From the NCBI GenBank assembly GCA_030265395.1, contig JARFYF010000050.1, positions 23,786,568-23,850,567 of the forward strand: a stretch of DNA of 64,000 nucleotides, read 5' to 3'. The position numbers were made by a program, and so were the translations under genes. This stretch comes from Rhina ancylostomus. Its lineage: Eukaryota. Shown here in pieces: positions 24,351 through 35,719 of this stretch. Position 1 is the first letter of the stretch. Every line of letters starts with the position of its first letter. The notes under the pieces are model-generated. The model saw nothing but the letters and a program-made list of their open reading frames with translations, did no database searches and was not told the origin of the DNA.

Positions 24351-25919
24351 TTATATAGATTCAACTTTGAATTTTGATACTAAGATTGCACAGCCTAGAA
24401 ATTCTTACACAACTTTAAAATGGGTGAAACAATAACAGGTGGACCCACGCTGTTTTTTATGGGACTGTGGGACACAGAATTTCTAACAAGCATGAAATGC
24501 AATGTATCATGCGTGTAAGAATTACAAATTCTGAGCCTTCTGTGAGGTTATGTAAAAATAATAGCATAGAGCATTAGCTTTATGAGTCACAAAGTTTTAG
24601 TTCTACATGAATAAATTTTATCAACACATAAATAAGAGGTAAATAATGCTCTTAAATAATGGTATTGCTGATTTATTCTTCTTCCTCAAAATAACACTGT
24701 TGTTTGCCTCAAAGGTGATTAAACATTTTTTTTAGGACCCAGATGGTGGGATGGNNNNNNNNNNNNNNNNNNNNNNNNNNNNNNNNNNNNNNNNNNNNNN
24801 NNNNNNNNNNNNNNNNNNNNNNNNNNNNNNNNNNNNNNNNNNNNNNNNNNNNNNNNNNNNNNNNNNNNNNNNNNNNNNNNNNNNNNNNNNNNNNNNNNNN
24901 NNNNNNNNNNNNNNNNNNNNNNNNNNNNNNNNNNNNNNNNNNNNNNNNNNNNNNNNNNNNNNNNNNNNNNNNNNNNNNNNNNNNNNNNNNNNNNNNNNNN
25001 NNNNNNNNNNNNNNNNNNNNNNNNNNNNNNNNNNNNNNNNNNNNNNNNNNNNNNNNNNNNNNNNNNNNNNNNNNNNNNNNNNNNNNNNNNNNNNNNNNNN
25101 NNNNNNNNNNNNNNNNNNNNNNNNNNNNNNNNNNNNNNNNNNNNNNNNNNNNNNNNNNNNNNNNNNNNNNNNNNNNNNNNNNNNNNNNNNNNNNNNNNNN
25201 NNNNNNNNNNNNNNNNNNNNNNNNNNNNNNNNNNNNNNNNNNNNNNNNNNNNNNNNNNNNNNNNNNNNNNNNNNNNNNNNNNNNNNNNNNNNNNNNNNNN
25301 NNNNNNNNNNNNNNNNNNNNNNNNNNNNNNNNNNNNNNNNNNNNNNNNNNNNNNNNNNNNNNNNNNNNNNNNNNNNNNNNNNNNNNNNNNNNNNNNNNNN
25401 NNNNNNNNNNNNNNNNNNNNTGGGGAGGTCAGTGTCCTGTTGGTGGGGGAGTGGGTTTAGGCGGTTATAGGTGAGAGATCCATTGATTAAGAAGTTCACA
25501 GATCAGAGGATGAGATCAATATGTGGAGAAGGTATGAGTTTGAAGGATTAGTGGAGAGTGCTTTAGGATTGCCCAATGACCAGTGCTCCCTGGACAAGAT
25601 GGACTTAGCATTACCTGTAGCTCAAATAGCATTTAATCATGTAGCAGGGGTGCATTCAGACAGGTCCTGCTGGCCAAGGGGCGACATTTACGGGTGGACT
25701 ATCGGAGCTCCACCCGCCGAATACAACTTTGCCAAACTTCCTCCCTCACTCACTTTAATGGCTTGTTATCAGTTTGTAATTTTGTGGGTACTATTTATTA
25801 GTCACTCAAAATATATTTCTGGATAATCATCAGTACATAACCCAAGGGAGAATGGGAGCAGAATGCAATTGTCTCATCCATATCCACATATTTTCAGCAG
25901 TCAGGAGCTGGAGGGTGGT

Positions 25920-26670
25920 TTTGAGGGTTCTGATGTGGCTAATGAGGCTATAGTGGGAACTGCAGACGCTTCTTGGGAAGTACAGTGGTGCATCAACTTG
26001 CCTGCTGCCTCGCAGCTTCAGTGAGCTGGGTATGATCCTGACCTCAGCTGCTGTGTGGAGTTTGTATGTTCTCCTCTAACTACATGGGTTCCCCCAGACC
26101 CCTCCCCAATGCACCAGTTTCCTCCCACAACCCAATGATGTGTTGATGGGCTAATTGACTGCTGTAAATTGCCCCTCGTCTAGGTGGGGGAGCAGGAGGA
26201 TTGGGGTGAGTTGATGGGCAATTGAGAGAGAATAGTTTACAGGGAATAAGTCAAGGAATGAAGCTGATAGAAATGCTTTTAGAGCCAACATGGGCACAAT
26301 GAGCCAAATGGTGGTCTCCGTTATGGGATATGAGAACAGATGGGGTTGGAGTGCCCAATGGGGAAGGTGGGTGGTAGTTTGTATGGCTTTGCCCTCCATC
26401 TGGCACTTAAACTGGGCTATTGTGTGCTTCTGATGCATAGATTTGAGGTTCTTGACACCATCCTGAATGTTCCTTCTTCACTTTGAGAGGTAGTGGGCCA
26501 GAGGCTCCTGGAAGTCAGTGGGGGTGTTAGATTTCTTCAAAGAGGCTTTGAGCTCATCCTTGAGTTTTACCCTCTGACCACCCGGCAATCTCTTCTCATG
26601 ACAGAACTCAGAATTGTGTTTCATTTTGGGTGCCTGGTGTTGGGCATGTGAAAGATATATGACTGAGTGT
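25920..26670 (-). mobile_element. RTE-clade LINE 3' fragment, interrupted by a V-SINE
   Basis: Minus strand 26650-26440 resembles RMPDTRLPK..SELRHGKRLPGGQRKRFKD.LKASLKK..IPTDSWESLAH.RSKWRR (here cacatgcccaacaccaggcacccaaa..aagagattgccgggtggtcagagg..ctcaaagcctctttgaagaaa). An LISH-like end lies at ~25945. Confidence 0.72.
25985..26335 (+). mobile_element. V-SINE with CR1-like tail
   Basis: ctgggtatgatcctgacctc..tgtggagtttgtatgttctcc..ccagtttcctcccaca..taattgactgctgtaaattgcccct, then tail gggcacaatgagccaaatgg. Confidence 0.7.
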
Positions 26671-28354
26671 CATTTGTACAGCTCAGCAGTTGCATTAATC
26701 AATTGAACCATCAAGAAATTTATTACTTCACTAATAATTTAGTATGAACTTGTTAAACATGCCTGCTTTTGGTTATTAACAAATGAGAAGGGCAACTTAA
26801 GTCAGAATCCAAATGAATGTTATAATGTGACCAAACTGTGAACTCTTTTAATCTGTTCCAGAGGGTGCCAAATTTTGCACATTCTAATCTAACATGTTCT
26901 GCTGACTTCATCTTTTCATTTGTTCCTTCCTTGCTATTTGTGTGATGCTGATCCTTTACTCCAGTGTGGAGATGTTATATTCGAATGTAGGGAAATGTAC
27001 TGTAATGTCTTGGTTACAAAGTGATCAACTTGCTTCTCCTTTCCAGTAGTTGCATGCTACACATATCTGCACCAAATAAATAGTCACAGAGCTCCCCAGA
27101 AGGAGATGGCTGGCAAAGGTCCTCTACAGGTAACACTATTGCACTATCTATCATGCATCAGACACAAGATTACCTATTATTCATGTGAAAAAGTATGCAA
27201 CGATACTATAGGAAGAAATCACAGATTGTATATCTCGACTGTTGAGTCTCAAATGTACCAAGAATGCTATTGGCATTACTGGACCAACTTGGAAGGTATA
27301 AATTGAACATGCACAAGCTCGACTCTTGAAAGCCTGTAAAGTGAAGGCATTATTTTTAGACAATACTTTTTGATGAAGGTTCCTAACACATGACTTGAGT
27401 TAAAATCTGGACTAAGCTTTGAACCAGCTATGTTCTTCTTGTGTGCCAGTCTGCATGAGAATTTTTCTCCTGTTTGTGTTATGAGTTTATCAGGTTTAAA
27501 GGATTTGGAATAAAACCTCTGTTTATGGATTTAATGGAGTTGCTTTTCTTTAACTAATCATATGGTGGGGTTATGCCACTTGTCGACTCCCATTCTTTCA
27601 CAAACCCCTCCAGGCCTAGGATGTTCAACCTGTGACAACAGACAAGCTGGGGCAGCACATACCCATCAGACTGTTACAAATTCCAGACTAATTGATGTTA
27701 AAATGATGTGAAAAGGGCAAAAGTCCCTAAGCCATCATTAGCATGCTCCCAATGGTACCAGCCAGTCAGAACACATGGCAGTTCCAGGGATCACATGGTG
27801 GAAAAGATTGATGAGGCAGTAAGACCAAGTGGAAAAAAATTCAATGTGGTGGCAGTGTTGTGGATCAGACACGGTTATCATGATGCTGCGGAGCAGACTC
27901 GTTCAGGTAAGTGGTAGCACCAGTTTAGGCTGGGAAGGGAGCAGAGCTTACCAGGGTATGATTTTTGTGGATGATTGATGTTAATATTCTTTCAAGGGAG
28001 GGTTTGAGCATCAATGTGTAAGGGTTTTATAATGACCAGATTTGTATCTGATTCTTAGAATGTTTGATGAGGTTTGTTTTTAGTGAATGGAAATTTTATC
28101 TTTGTAGGAAACTTCAGTGCTTTCATGTTATAGGTTTCAATGTGAAACAGCTTTGGCTACACAAATTTAAACAAAGGGAGTGTAATTGTTCAATGAAGAG
28201 CAGAAATAACCTTGAATTGAAGTGGAATGAGACTCTCTCTTCCAGCAAGTCCTGTTTTCTTTTGCTTGGATATTGTGCTGGGCCCTAATTAAGTACAACT
28301 GTGTGGTGCAGATAAATTGTTTTACAAAAACAGTGTACATGTACTGTGAATACC

Positions 28355-28670
28355 CAGAATCAGAATCAGTTTATTGTCACTTCCTTATACACTTAAAACA
28401 TGCATGGGAGCAAAATACCATACTCCACAGATCATGGTGCTGTTCACATTAAAGACAATTGGAGACACAAAGACAGAAAGACATTAATGACATTGGACCC
28501 ACATTAAAAGAGNNNNNNNNNNNNNNNNNNNNNNNNNNNNNNNNNNNNNNNNNNNNNNNNNNNNNNNNNNNNNNNNNNNNNNNNNNNNNNNNNNNNNNNN
28601 NNNNNNNNNNNNGAGCGGTCTGAGCACACAGCCCTGAGGGGAGCCAGTGCTCAGGGTGATTAGTGCTCGT
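28355..28670 (-). mobile_element. Rex/Babar-type LINE pieces around an N gap
   Basis: Tail cagaatcagaatcagtttattgtcac. After the gap, the minus strand reads ITLSTGSPQGCVLRPL (GxPQGCVLSP RT motif). Confidence 0.6.
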
Positions 28671-30559
28671 GGTTACATCTTTTGTGAATGAAGTTGGTGA
28701 GGAGTGATTGTGATGGGGGTGGCTGGATGAGGGGAGAGCGAGGAACTGATTCGATTTGTGGTGATTGTGCAAGGAGACAATTTTAGTGTTTATCCATCCA
28801 AATGTTTCTGTTAAGCTATTATCAGGAATTACCAGACTCTCCTCTTCTTCCCCATCCAGTGACCAATCCTGTCTATCATTGCTTGACCTTTCTCAGCCAG
28901 CAGTTGCTTTGCACCATGTCTCTATTGAAATGTAATGATGACTGAACTGTTACTGTTTAGGTAAGAAATCTTTTAGCAAAATTTCTCCTGTCAAGCTGCT
29001 AATTAACCATGTGGTCCCCATTGTGAATTGAAATCTCTCCTTTTTATTGCAAATAAGCCCAGATTCCTTTGACTCTGAATTATTACAAGCACATTCTCTG
29101 CGAAATACAGACATCCTTACTAGATAGGAAATTAATCATATTTGATGCATCATTTACTCAGAAATCCTACCTCATCTGAAAACTTTTTATTTCTGAGTGG
29201 CACATTCATGGTTCATGGTAATTAGATCAGAACACCTGGTTGGATACACCTGTGTGGGGGTGACAATTCCAATTTAAATTTCTATTAACCACATGTACCT
29301 TGGCTAGCCCTAAAGTTCCACCTCCACCCTCATGTTCTCCAGTAAGGAGCAGTGTGACACTTAACGACTTTGCCATCTACAGCACATAGACACCATGAAA
29401 GAACACAGAGCTCCAATGAAACGTTAGCAAGAATGATTGTAGGTGTTTATGGAATTCAGTATTATTCTTGCTTGTACCTTTTGGAAACTGCGGTTCCTAA
29501 GCTAATCCAGCTGCTGTTTCCATTTCGCATCGTGAAAACGATTAGCACCAAAGGATAGGACTATGGAGCTCGACATCCTTCCATGAGCAATATTGCTCAA
29601 CCTGTTGACATGAAAACTCAGTTCAGGAGGAACAAAAAAAAAGGCCAAGTAAGATCCTGTCGATTAAAAGTTGTTTTCCTTTCACAAATGTTGTCATTTA
29701 AGTGGAAGCAATAAAACAAAAATCTGCTGCTTATATGTTGGTATTTGTTGCAAAGGTCGTTACAGTGACCCGCTGTCGTTAGAAAGGAACATTTTTGTCG
29801 ACTTTATTGGCACACTAACCTGCCTGAAAAATCAGGGTGAAACTCGATTTACAAGTGTGCCGCAGTGCCCTGTACAATGTTTGATCTGTTTAACTGTGCA
29901 GTGTCTTCTGTCATTCAGATGTGTTTGCGATTAAAGAAATTGTCAAATAAGACACAATTTTTCTGCAAGACTTTGGTTCTTTTTTTGACAATGTTTAGAT
30001 TCAGCAAGTCACAATGAAGCTGAAAATAGCAAACGTTTGTATAATTGAAGCCACTCTTGACAGATTTTTCAATTGAGAGTGATTTGATCCACAAGGTATA
30101 AGTGAATAGAAAAAGATGACGCTGATAGAGCACAATGTGGTTTATTTTTAGTCTAAGTGCTTACAATTCTTATGATAGATCTTGAATGTATTGTCTTATA
30201 AGATGTTATAATGCTTAGCGCAGGAATTAAAGATTCTAAAGAACCAACTGAAGAAGCTTCAAAAGTGATATATCTCAGCACCTGAAAGCTCTAAAGCAGA
30301 GTGAGTGTGGAAAAATAAGCATTTTTTTTGTGTTGACTGGACTGTTCTGTCTCCTGCAAACAATGGGAAACTTATGGTACAATAAAATAGTGCACAAAGA
30401 TGGCAAAGGGCTAGACAAAAAAGTCTGGTCCTCCCAACTTAAATCCTTAGCTGTTAGTTAAGTAAGGTCACCACCTTTTCAAAATGTTAATGTGGGATGC
30501 ATGGCATTTACAAATGGGGGATGTGATTTAGCCATCTTGTGTGCATTGTTGGCAAGGGC

Positions 30560-31250
30560 AGCATTTATTGCCTATTCGAATTGCCCTCAAAGTTGGTGGT
30601 GAGCCGTTGTCTTAAACAATGAAGTCCTTCTGGTGAAGGTACTCTGGCAGTGCTGTTGCATAGTGAATTCCAGGGTTTTGACCCAGTGACAATAAAAAAA
30701 AGGTAATATTTTTTCAAAAGAGCAAGTTGTGCGTCTCTTGAAGAGGAACTTGCAAGTGCTGGAGTTCCAAACACAGTCACAAATAATGTGTCTGCTGTTC
30801 TTATCCTCAGTAGTAGAGGTGACAGGTTTGGCAAGTGTGGCTGGGAGGGTCTGAGTGAGTAACTGGAGTGCATTTTGTGCATGACATTGTGCAGCAGCTG
30901 TGTAAAGGAAGAATGTCAGGGTCGGTGGATGATGTATGAATCAGGAGAGGTGTTTCATCCTGGATGGCACTGAGCTGCTTGAGTGTGGCTGGTCCCATTG
31001 AACTTCTGATGCATAGTCAGCCCTATGAGTTGCTGGTCTTTTCTGGTGTTTTTGATGATGGTAAGATAAAATTTCAAGGGTAGGCAATTGGTTTCTCTAT
31101 TATTGGAGATGGTCATTTTCTGGCACATTAGTGGTGAGAATGATATTCACTACTTATAGTGCCACACCTCAAAGTTGTTTATGTCTTGATGCACACAAGT
31201 GTCAACTTCTTCATTTACTGGTTAAATGAGAGCTTTAACCAAAGCTTCCT
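30560..31250 (-). mobile_element. 3' end of an old CR1/L2-group LINE (related copies at ~39980-40200 -, 54110-54470 +, 62150-62440 -)
   Basis: ORF track 30565-30882 ends FIVTGSKPWNSLCNSTARVPSPEGLHC, a LINE C-terminus. Tail on - is ggctcaccaccaactttgagggcaattcgaataggcaataaatgctgccc. The same motifs occur in the other copies. Confidence 0.6.
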
Positions 31251-31365
31251 TCTTTACTGCCAATGTCCTCAAGCTCCAATACCCCCCCTGAGCATCCCTC
31301 ACCATCACTGTTCAGTCCCAATCCTCTACCCAAACCATCTTCCCTGACTGACCGATCTCCCATTC

Positions 31366-31660
31366 TAGTGTAGCAGTTAGTGTAATGCTATTACAGTGCC
31401 AGTGACCCAGGTTCAATTCCCGCCACTATCTGTAAGGGGTTTGTATGTTCTCCCCATGTCTGTGTGGGTTTCCTCCAGGTGCTCTGATTTCCTCCTACAT
31501 TCCAAAGACGTACCGGTTAGGAAGTTGTGGGCGTGCTATGTTGGCACCAGAAGCGTGGCGACACTTGCGGGCTGCCCCCAGAACACTCTGCACAAAAGGT
31601 GCATTTCACTGTGCATTTCGATGTACATGTGACCAATAGGGATATATCATCATCATCATT
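31366..31660 (+). mobile_element. V-SINE with Rex/Babar-type tail and (CAT)n end
   Basis: High identity to 17408-17705. Ends tttcactgtgcatttcgatgtacatgtgaccaatagggatatatcatcatcatcat. Confidence 0.82.
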
Positions 31661-33084
31661 CTCCACATGGGCTCAGCCCCGAAGGAAAGTCCTTTGTGCA
31701 AGGTTTATTGTACACGGCTGCCCCATTGCCTATGATGTTTGGACAGAAGATCAGGGGTCTTGTGTAACATTTTCAAGCAGCTTACAACTTCTTAGCAATG
31801 GAATGTTACAATAGGAAGTGGGACATAATGCCTGCACCAGCTCTTCAAAACCTGTCCAGTTTGATCTCACTGCATTTGTTTAATACACGTTTTTGATCTC
31901 AATTATGTCACTGGGAAGAGACAGCAATTTCACTTAAGAAGCTAAGAGGAACTGCACCTGGTTTCTTCACTTCTATCAGTATTGCTGTGCAATCATTCCA
32001 AAGTTTTTTGGACAAAATTGTCAAAAGGCCAGTGTTTTAGGCTCACCTGTTACTGTTGTCACAACAAAATTATTAGTGTATCTTTGAGGGTAATGCATTG
32101 ACCAGAGCTGAGCAGGTGGCTTCTGTGAAGAGCAAGCAGTTCAAGGGAATATTGGAACGTTCAAGATGATTTGTATGTGGAGCAATAATGTTTGGAGTTC
32201 CTGTAAATACAATCAAACTATGATTATTTGGAGTAACATATCTTTAGTTGAATTCAATTAAGTGGTGATATATTGAAAAGTTGAATAAATTGAATAAACT
32301 ACTTGATTAATAAAGAAATAAAGAAATTCTTTACTAAGAATTTAGCTGATGGTTGAATAATTGTAAAAAAAAAATTGGTAATTTGTAATGCTAATTTCAT
32401 TTTTGGATCAATCGACATTTTCACCTAATTAATTTTAACTGCTGTGAAAGGATGATTAAGTATCCTGAAAAGATCTAGGGTTTTTAATAAAACATTCAAC
32501 AGCCTGTCATTTGCTGACAAAGTAATAGCATGCAAATGCTGCTTGCTGTCATTAATGTGCAAACCAGCCAGCAACTCTGGAGGAGGAAGAGGTAACCCAC
32601 AAAGGGAACACGATACGAGTTAATGGCAGCTTTGTGCTGCTTTCACCATTAGATGAAACAGGACTGTGTCCTTAAGTACCCTGTGAGTTTCAGGACATTC
32701 TTGCATTTACACATTAATGTTCCATTAAACTTGCCACAGAAAATTATCTATTAATTAGCTATAGAACTACCCAGTTAATTGCCATTAACCTCTCTTGCCT
32801 AGAAAATGAACAGTTAAAAATATGTCCTTTTTTAATGTTGCAAGTTATTTTAGATTATAAAAGTGTTAAATACAATATTTTTCTTTCCCTTTCAATTGCT
32901 GTATTTTTCCCCTCTATTCCTTCACTTCATTTTGCTGATTTGACATTGAGTTCAATCAATTTAATTCAGACCACTCCTCACTCCTTCCTCTGTTTATGTC
33001 ATAATCCTCAACTCTTATTGACTAAGGAGACAGACTGTTGGGTTGGCCCCATGTTTCACTAAAGTGCAAAATACATTCATTGTA

Positions 33085-33495
33085 TTCAGCCAACATTACC
33101 AAAGGCCACATCCACCCCAGGCATTCTCTATTCTCCCCTCTCCCATCGGGCAGAAGTTACAAAAGCCTAAAACCACATACCACCAGGCTCAAGGATAGCT
33201 TCTATCCTGCTGTTGTAAGGCTGTTGAACAGTTCCTCTGTACAGTAAGATGGACTCTTGACCTCACAATGTACCTCATTATGGCCTTGCACCTTATTGTC
33301 TGCACCTTCTCTGTAACTGTAACACTTTATTTTGCATTCTGTCATTGTTTTCGCTTGTACTACCACAATGTGCCGATGTGATGAAATGATCTGTATGGAT
33401 GGATGCAAAAGAAAGTTTTTCACTGTACCTCAGTACATGTGACAATGATAAACCAACTTAACAATTTACCAATTCACCAAATTTACCAATTTACC
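33085..33495 (+). mobile_element. Rex/Babar-type LINE 3' end with tandem-repeat tail
   Basis: ANITKGHIHPRHSLFSPLPSGRSYKSLKPHTTRLKDSFYPAVVRLLN. UTR as in 1-335. Tail of imperfect (ACCAATTT)n units at ~33451-33495. Confidence 0.8.
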
Positions 33496-33589
33496 ATCAG
33501 AGAGGCCAATGTACCATCAGGACGTAAGTCGGAAGTGACTGGACTTAATTTCTGGACATACCCCCATTTATCCAATGACTAGGACTATA

Positions 33590-33772
33590 GAACCATAGAA
33601 CTATACAGCACAATATAGGCACTTCGGCCCACAATGTTGTGCTGACCTTTAAACCACACTTAACTATCTAACCCTTTCCTGTCACATATCCCCCTATTTT
33701 AAATTCCTCCATATGCTTATCTAACAATCTCTTGAATTTGACCAATGTATCAGCCTCCACCACCACCCCAGG
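33590..33772 (-). mobile_element. CR1 LINE 3' end (runs into N gap)
   Basis: Minus strand PGVVVEADTLVKFKRLLDKHM. The (agaaccat)-type tail and ggcacttcggcccac are typical of a CR1 3' UTR. Confidence 0.75.
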
Positions 33773-35719
33773 NNNNNNNNNNNNNNNNNNNNNNNNNNNN
33801 NNNNNNNNNNNNNNNNNNNNNNNNNNNNNNNNNACACATCCCTTAGGAATGTAGTAAAAATCCTTCAACCCACATACTTAAAAACTAAGTTACTTAACTG
33901 CCAGATGCCCGATACAAGTCTAAAGGTTTGTGTTGTCTTATTACTGCAACAGGTTATTTAGGAAACTGTGTTACCAGAGATTCTTTGAAGCATTTGAGCT
34001 GTTTGATGATGAATTAAGTGGTGGATTGTCTTGGTCATTTGTGGGAGTATGGGAAGATTATATGTGGAATGTGTTAATGGGATTTATGCCATCTATTCTG
34101 TTAAAGAGTTATCTTTTGCTGTCAGTTCATTATTGGTAGTGTTTCTAGATTCTAAGAAGTGCATCTTAGTCTAAGGTATTTGCTTTGTAGTAACGGCTGA
34201 TAAGGGAGTGAATTAAACAGGGGAGCAGATCAGTCGTTCAGATGTACGAGAAACTGGAGTCTTAACCGTTGATTACTTTTCTGTTGGGGAGAACATTGCT
34301 TTGGTTTCTTTAGGATTTCAGCCTCCAAAAGTGGCAGGCAGGTCAAAGAGAAGGGAAAATTTTCTGTTTCTTTTCAAATCTTTTGTATGTTCACCATATC
34401 TGTATGGAGTTACACCATGTNNNNNNNNNNNNNNNNNNNNNNNNNNNNNNNNNNNNNNNNNNNNNNNNNNNNNNNNNNNNNNNNNNNNNNNNNNNNNNNN
34501 NNNNNNNNNNNNNNNNNNNNCACAGGTTGCTCAGAGGTTTCACAGCTGAAATGAGTAATTATCTCAACTGTGATCTGGAGTTCAATATTTTTCACAAAGA
34601 TTAAACATCTGCATTTGTTTGTACTCTAAAGGCACAACAGGTCCAAACGATTAACCTGGAAGGAAAGGTATGAAATTTTCTCTTGGTACATATACTCTGA
34701 TGTTGAGCTAATAGGAGCATAAATCTGCCAATGTGCTTCCAGGTTGAAGGATGATGTCTTGGTAATTACCCTTACTAGAAAATAAGGAAGGATCTTTCAT
34801 CAACATTGAACTCTAAAAGTGCATATCATAAATACTGAACATAATTTCTCAGCTTTTTAAATGAATGGTGAAAAAATTGTATGTCAGTGCAAATCATCTT
34901 TCTGCTATGTTCTACCTGAGGGCAAAGCTTGAATAATAACCCCATGGATCTTTGCCCTCCCAAGCAAGGCACAGGATCGGTCACAAAGGGAAATGATCCA
35001 ATGGCAAATCGTCCGTGCAAAAGCTTCTTTAGAGCACTTTGCTATTCCATGATTTGTTGAAACTTCATAGGCACATAGGGCAGCTATATTAACTATTCCT
35101 GATGCACTGGTTCCTAATTTTTCAATTCCCAGCACACATCTGTATAGGATCAATCAATGTGGAAGAGATCTAAGTCTTTCCTACTAACTTTATAAGTCTT
35201 TAAGGAATATGTTTTTCAGAAATAGCACTTTGATCAGGACTTTGAGAGTGCTATTATTTGCCTGCGCAACCTCTCCTCTCTAAAGGAGCTCCAGTTTGAT
35301 GGATCAAGAACTGCTAGTTAACTGCTAATTAATCCCTTCTGAACACAACAATGCAAATAGAGTTCAAATGACCTTTTTCAAACAGAGTAGCGTCTGTATT
35401 GTAAATTCAGAATAAAAAATGTGTATCTTAACTGAAGAAAGAATTCCAATTTGCCAAACTATTTCTCATTCAATCTTATTCTATGGAATTCCTCATTCAA
35501 GCATAAAGTGATCTTATTAATTTTATTCATTGCTTATGCCACTCTTCCCCCAACTTTCACCGAGTATAAATATATTTTAGAACTGTAATCACAGCTGTAA
35601 AATTTAATATTATTAGATTGAATTGCTGAAATAATTCAAAAGGGTTGTGGTACAAAGGTTTGACAACTGGTGACTCTACAGCAGTTTTTAGAAACCAGTG
35701 TGGAGATGTAATCTGAATT

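Noticed and set aside
24732-25499. Longest ORFs in the track (239-255 aa), and similar ones at 13.5-14.0 kb
   Set aside because: Almost entirely N bases.
27895-27915. Perfect donor CAG|GTAAGT as a recursive site or exon end
   Set aside because: No pyrimidine tract upstream, and it lies in what looks like a decayed LINE fragment. Such motifs are expected by chance in 55 kb.
35221-35255. Small hairpin AATAGCACT..AGTGCTATT (miRNA or terminator-like)
   Set aside because: The stem is only 9-11 bp, too short for a pre-miRNA and plausible by chance.
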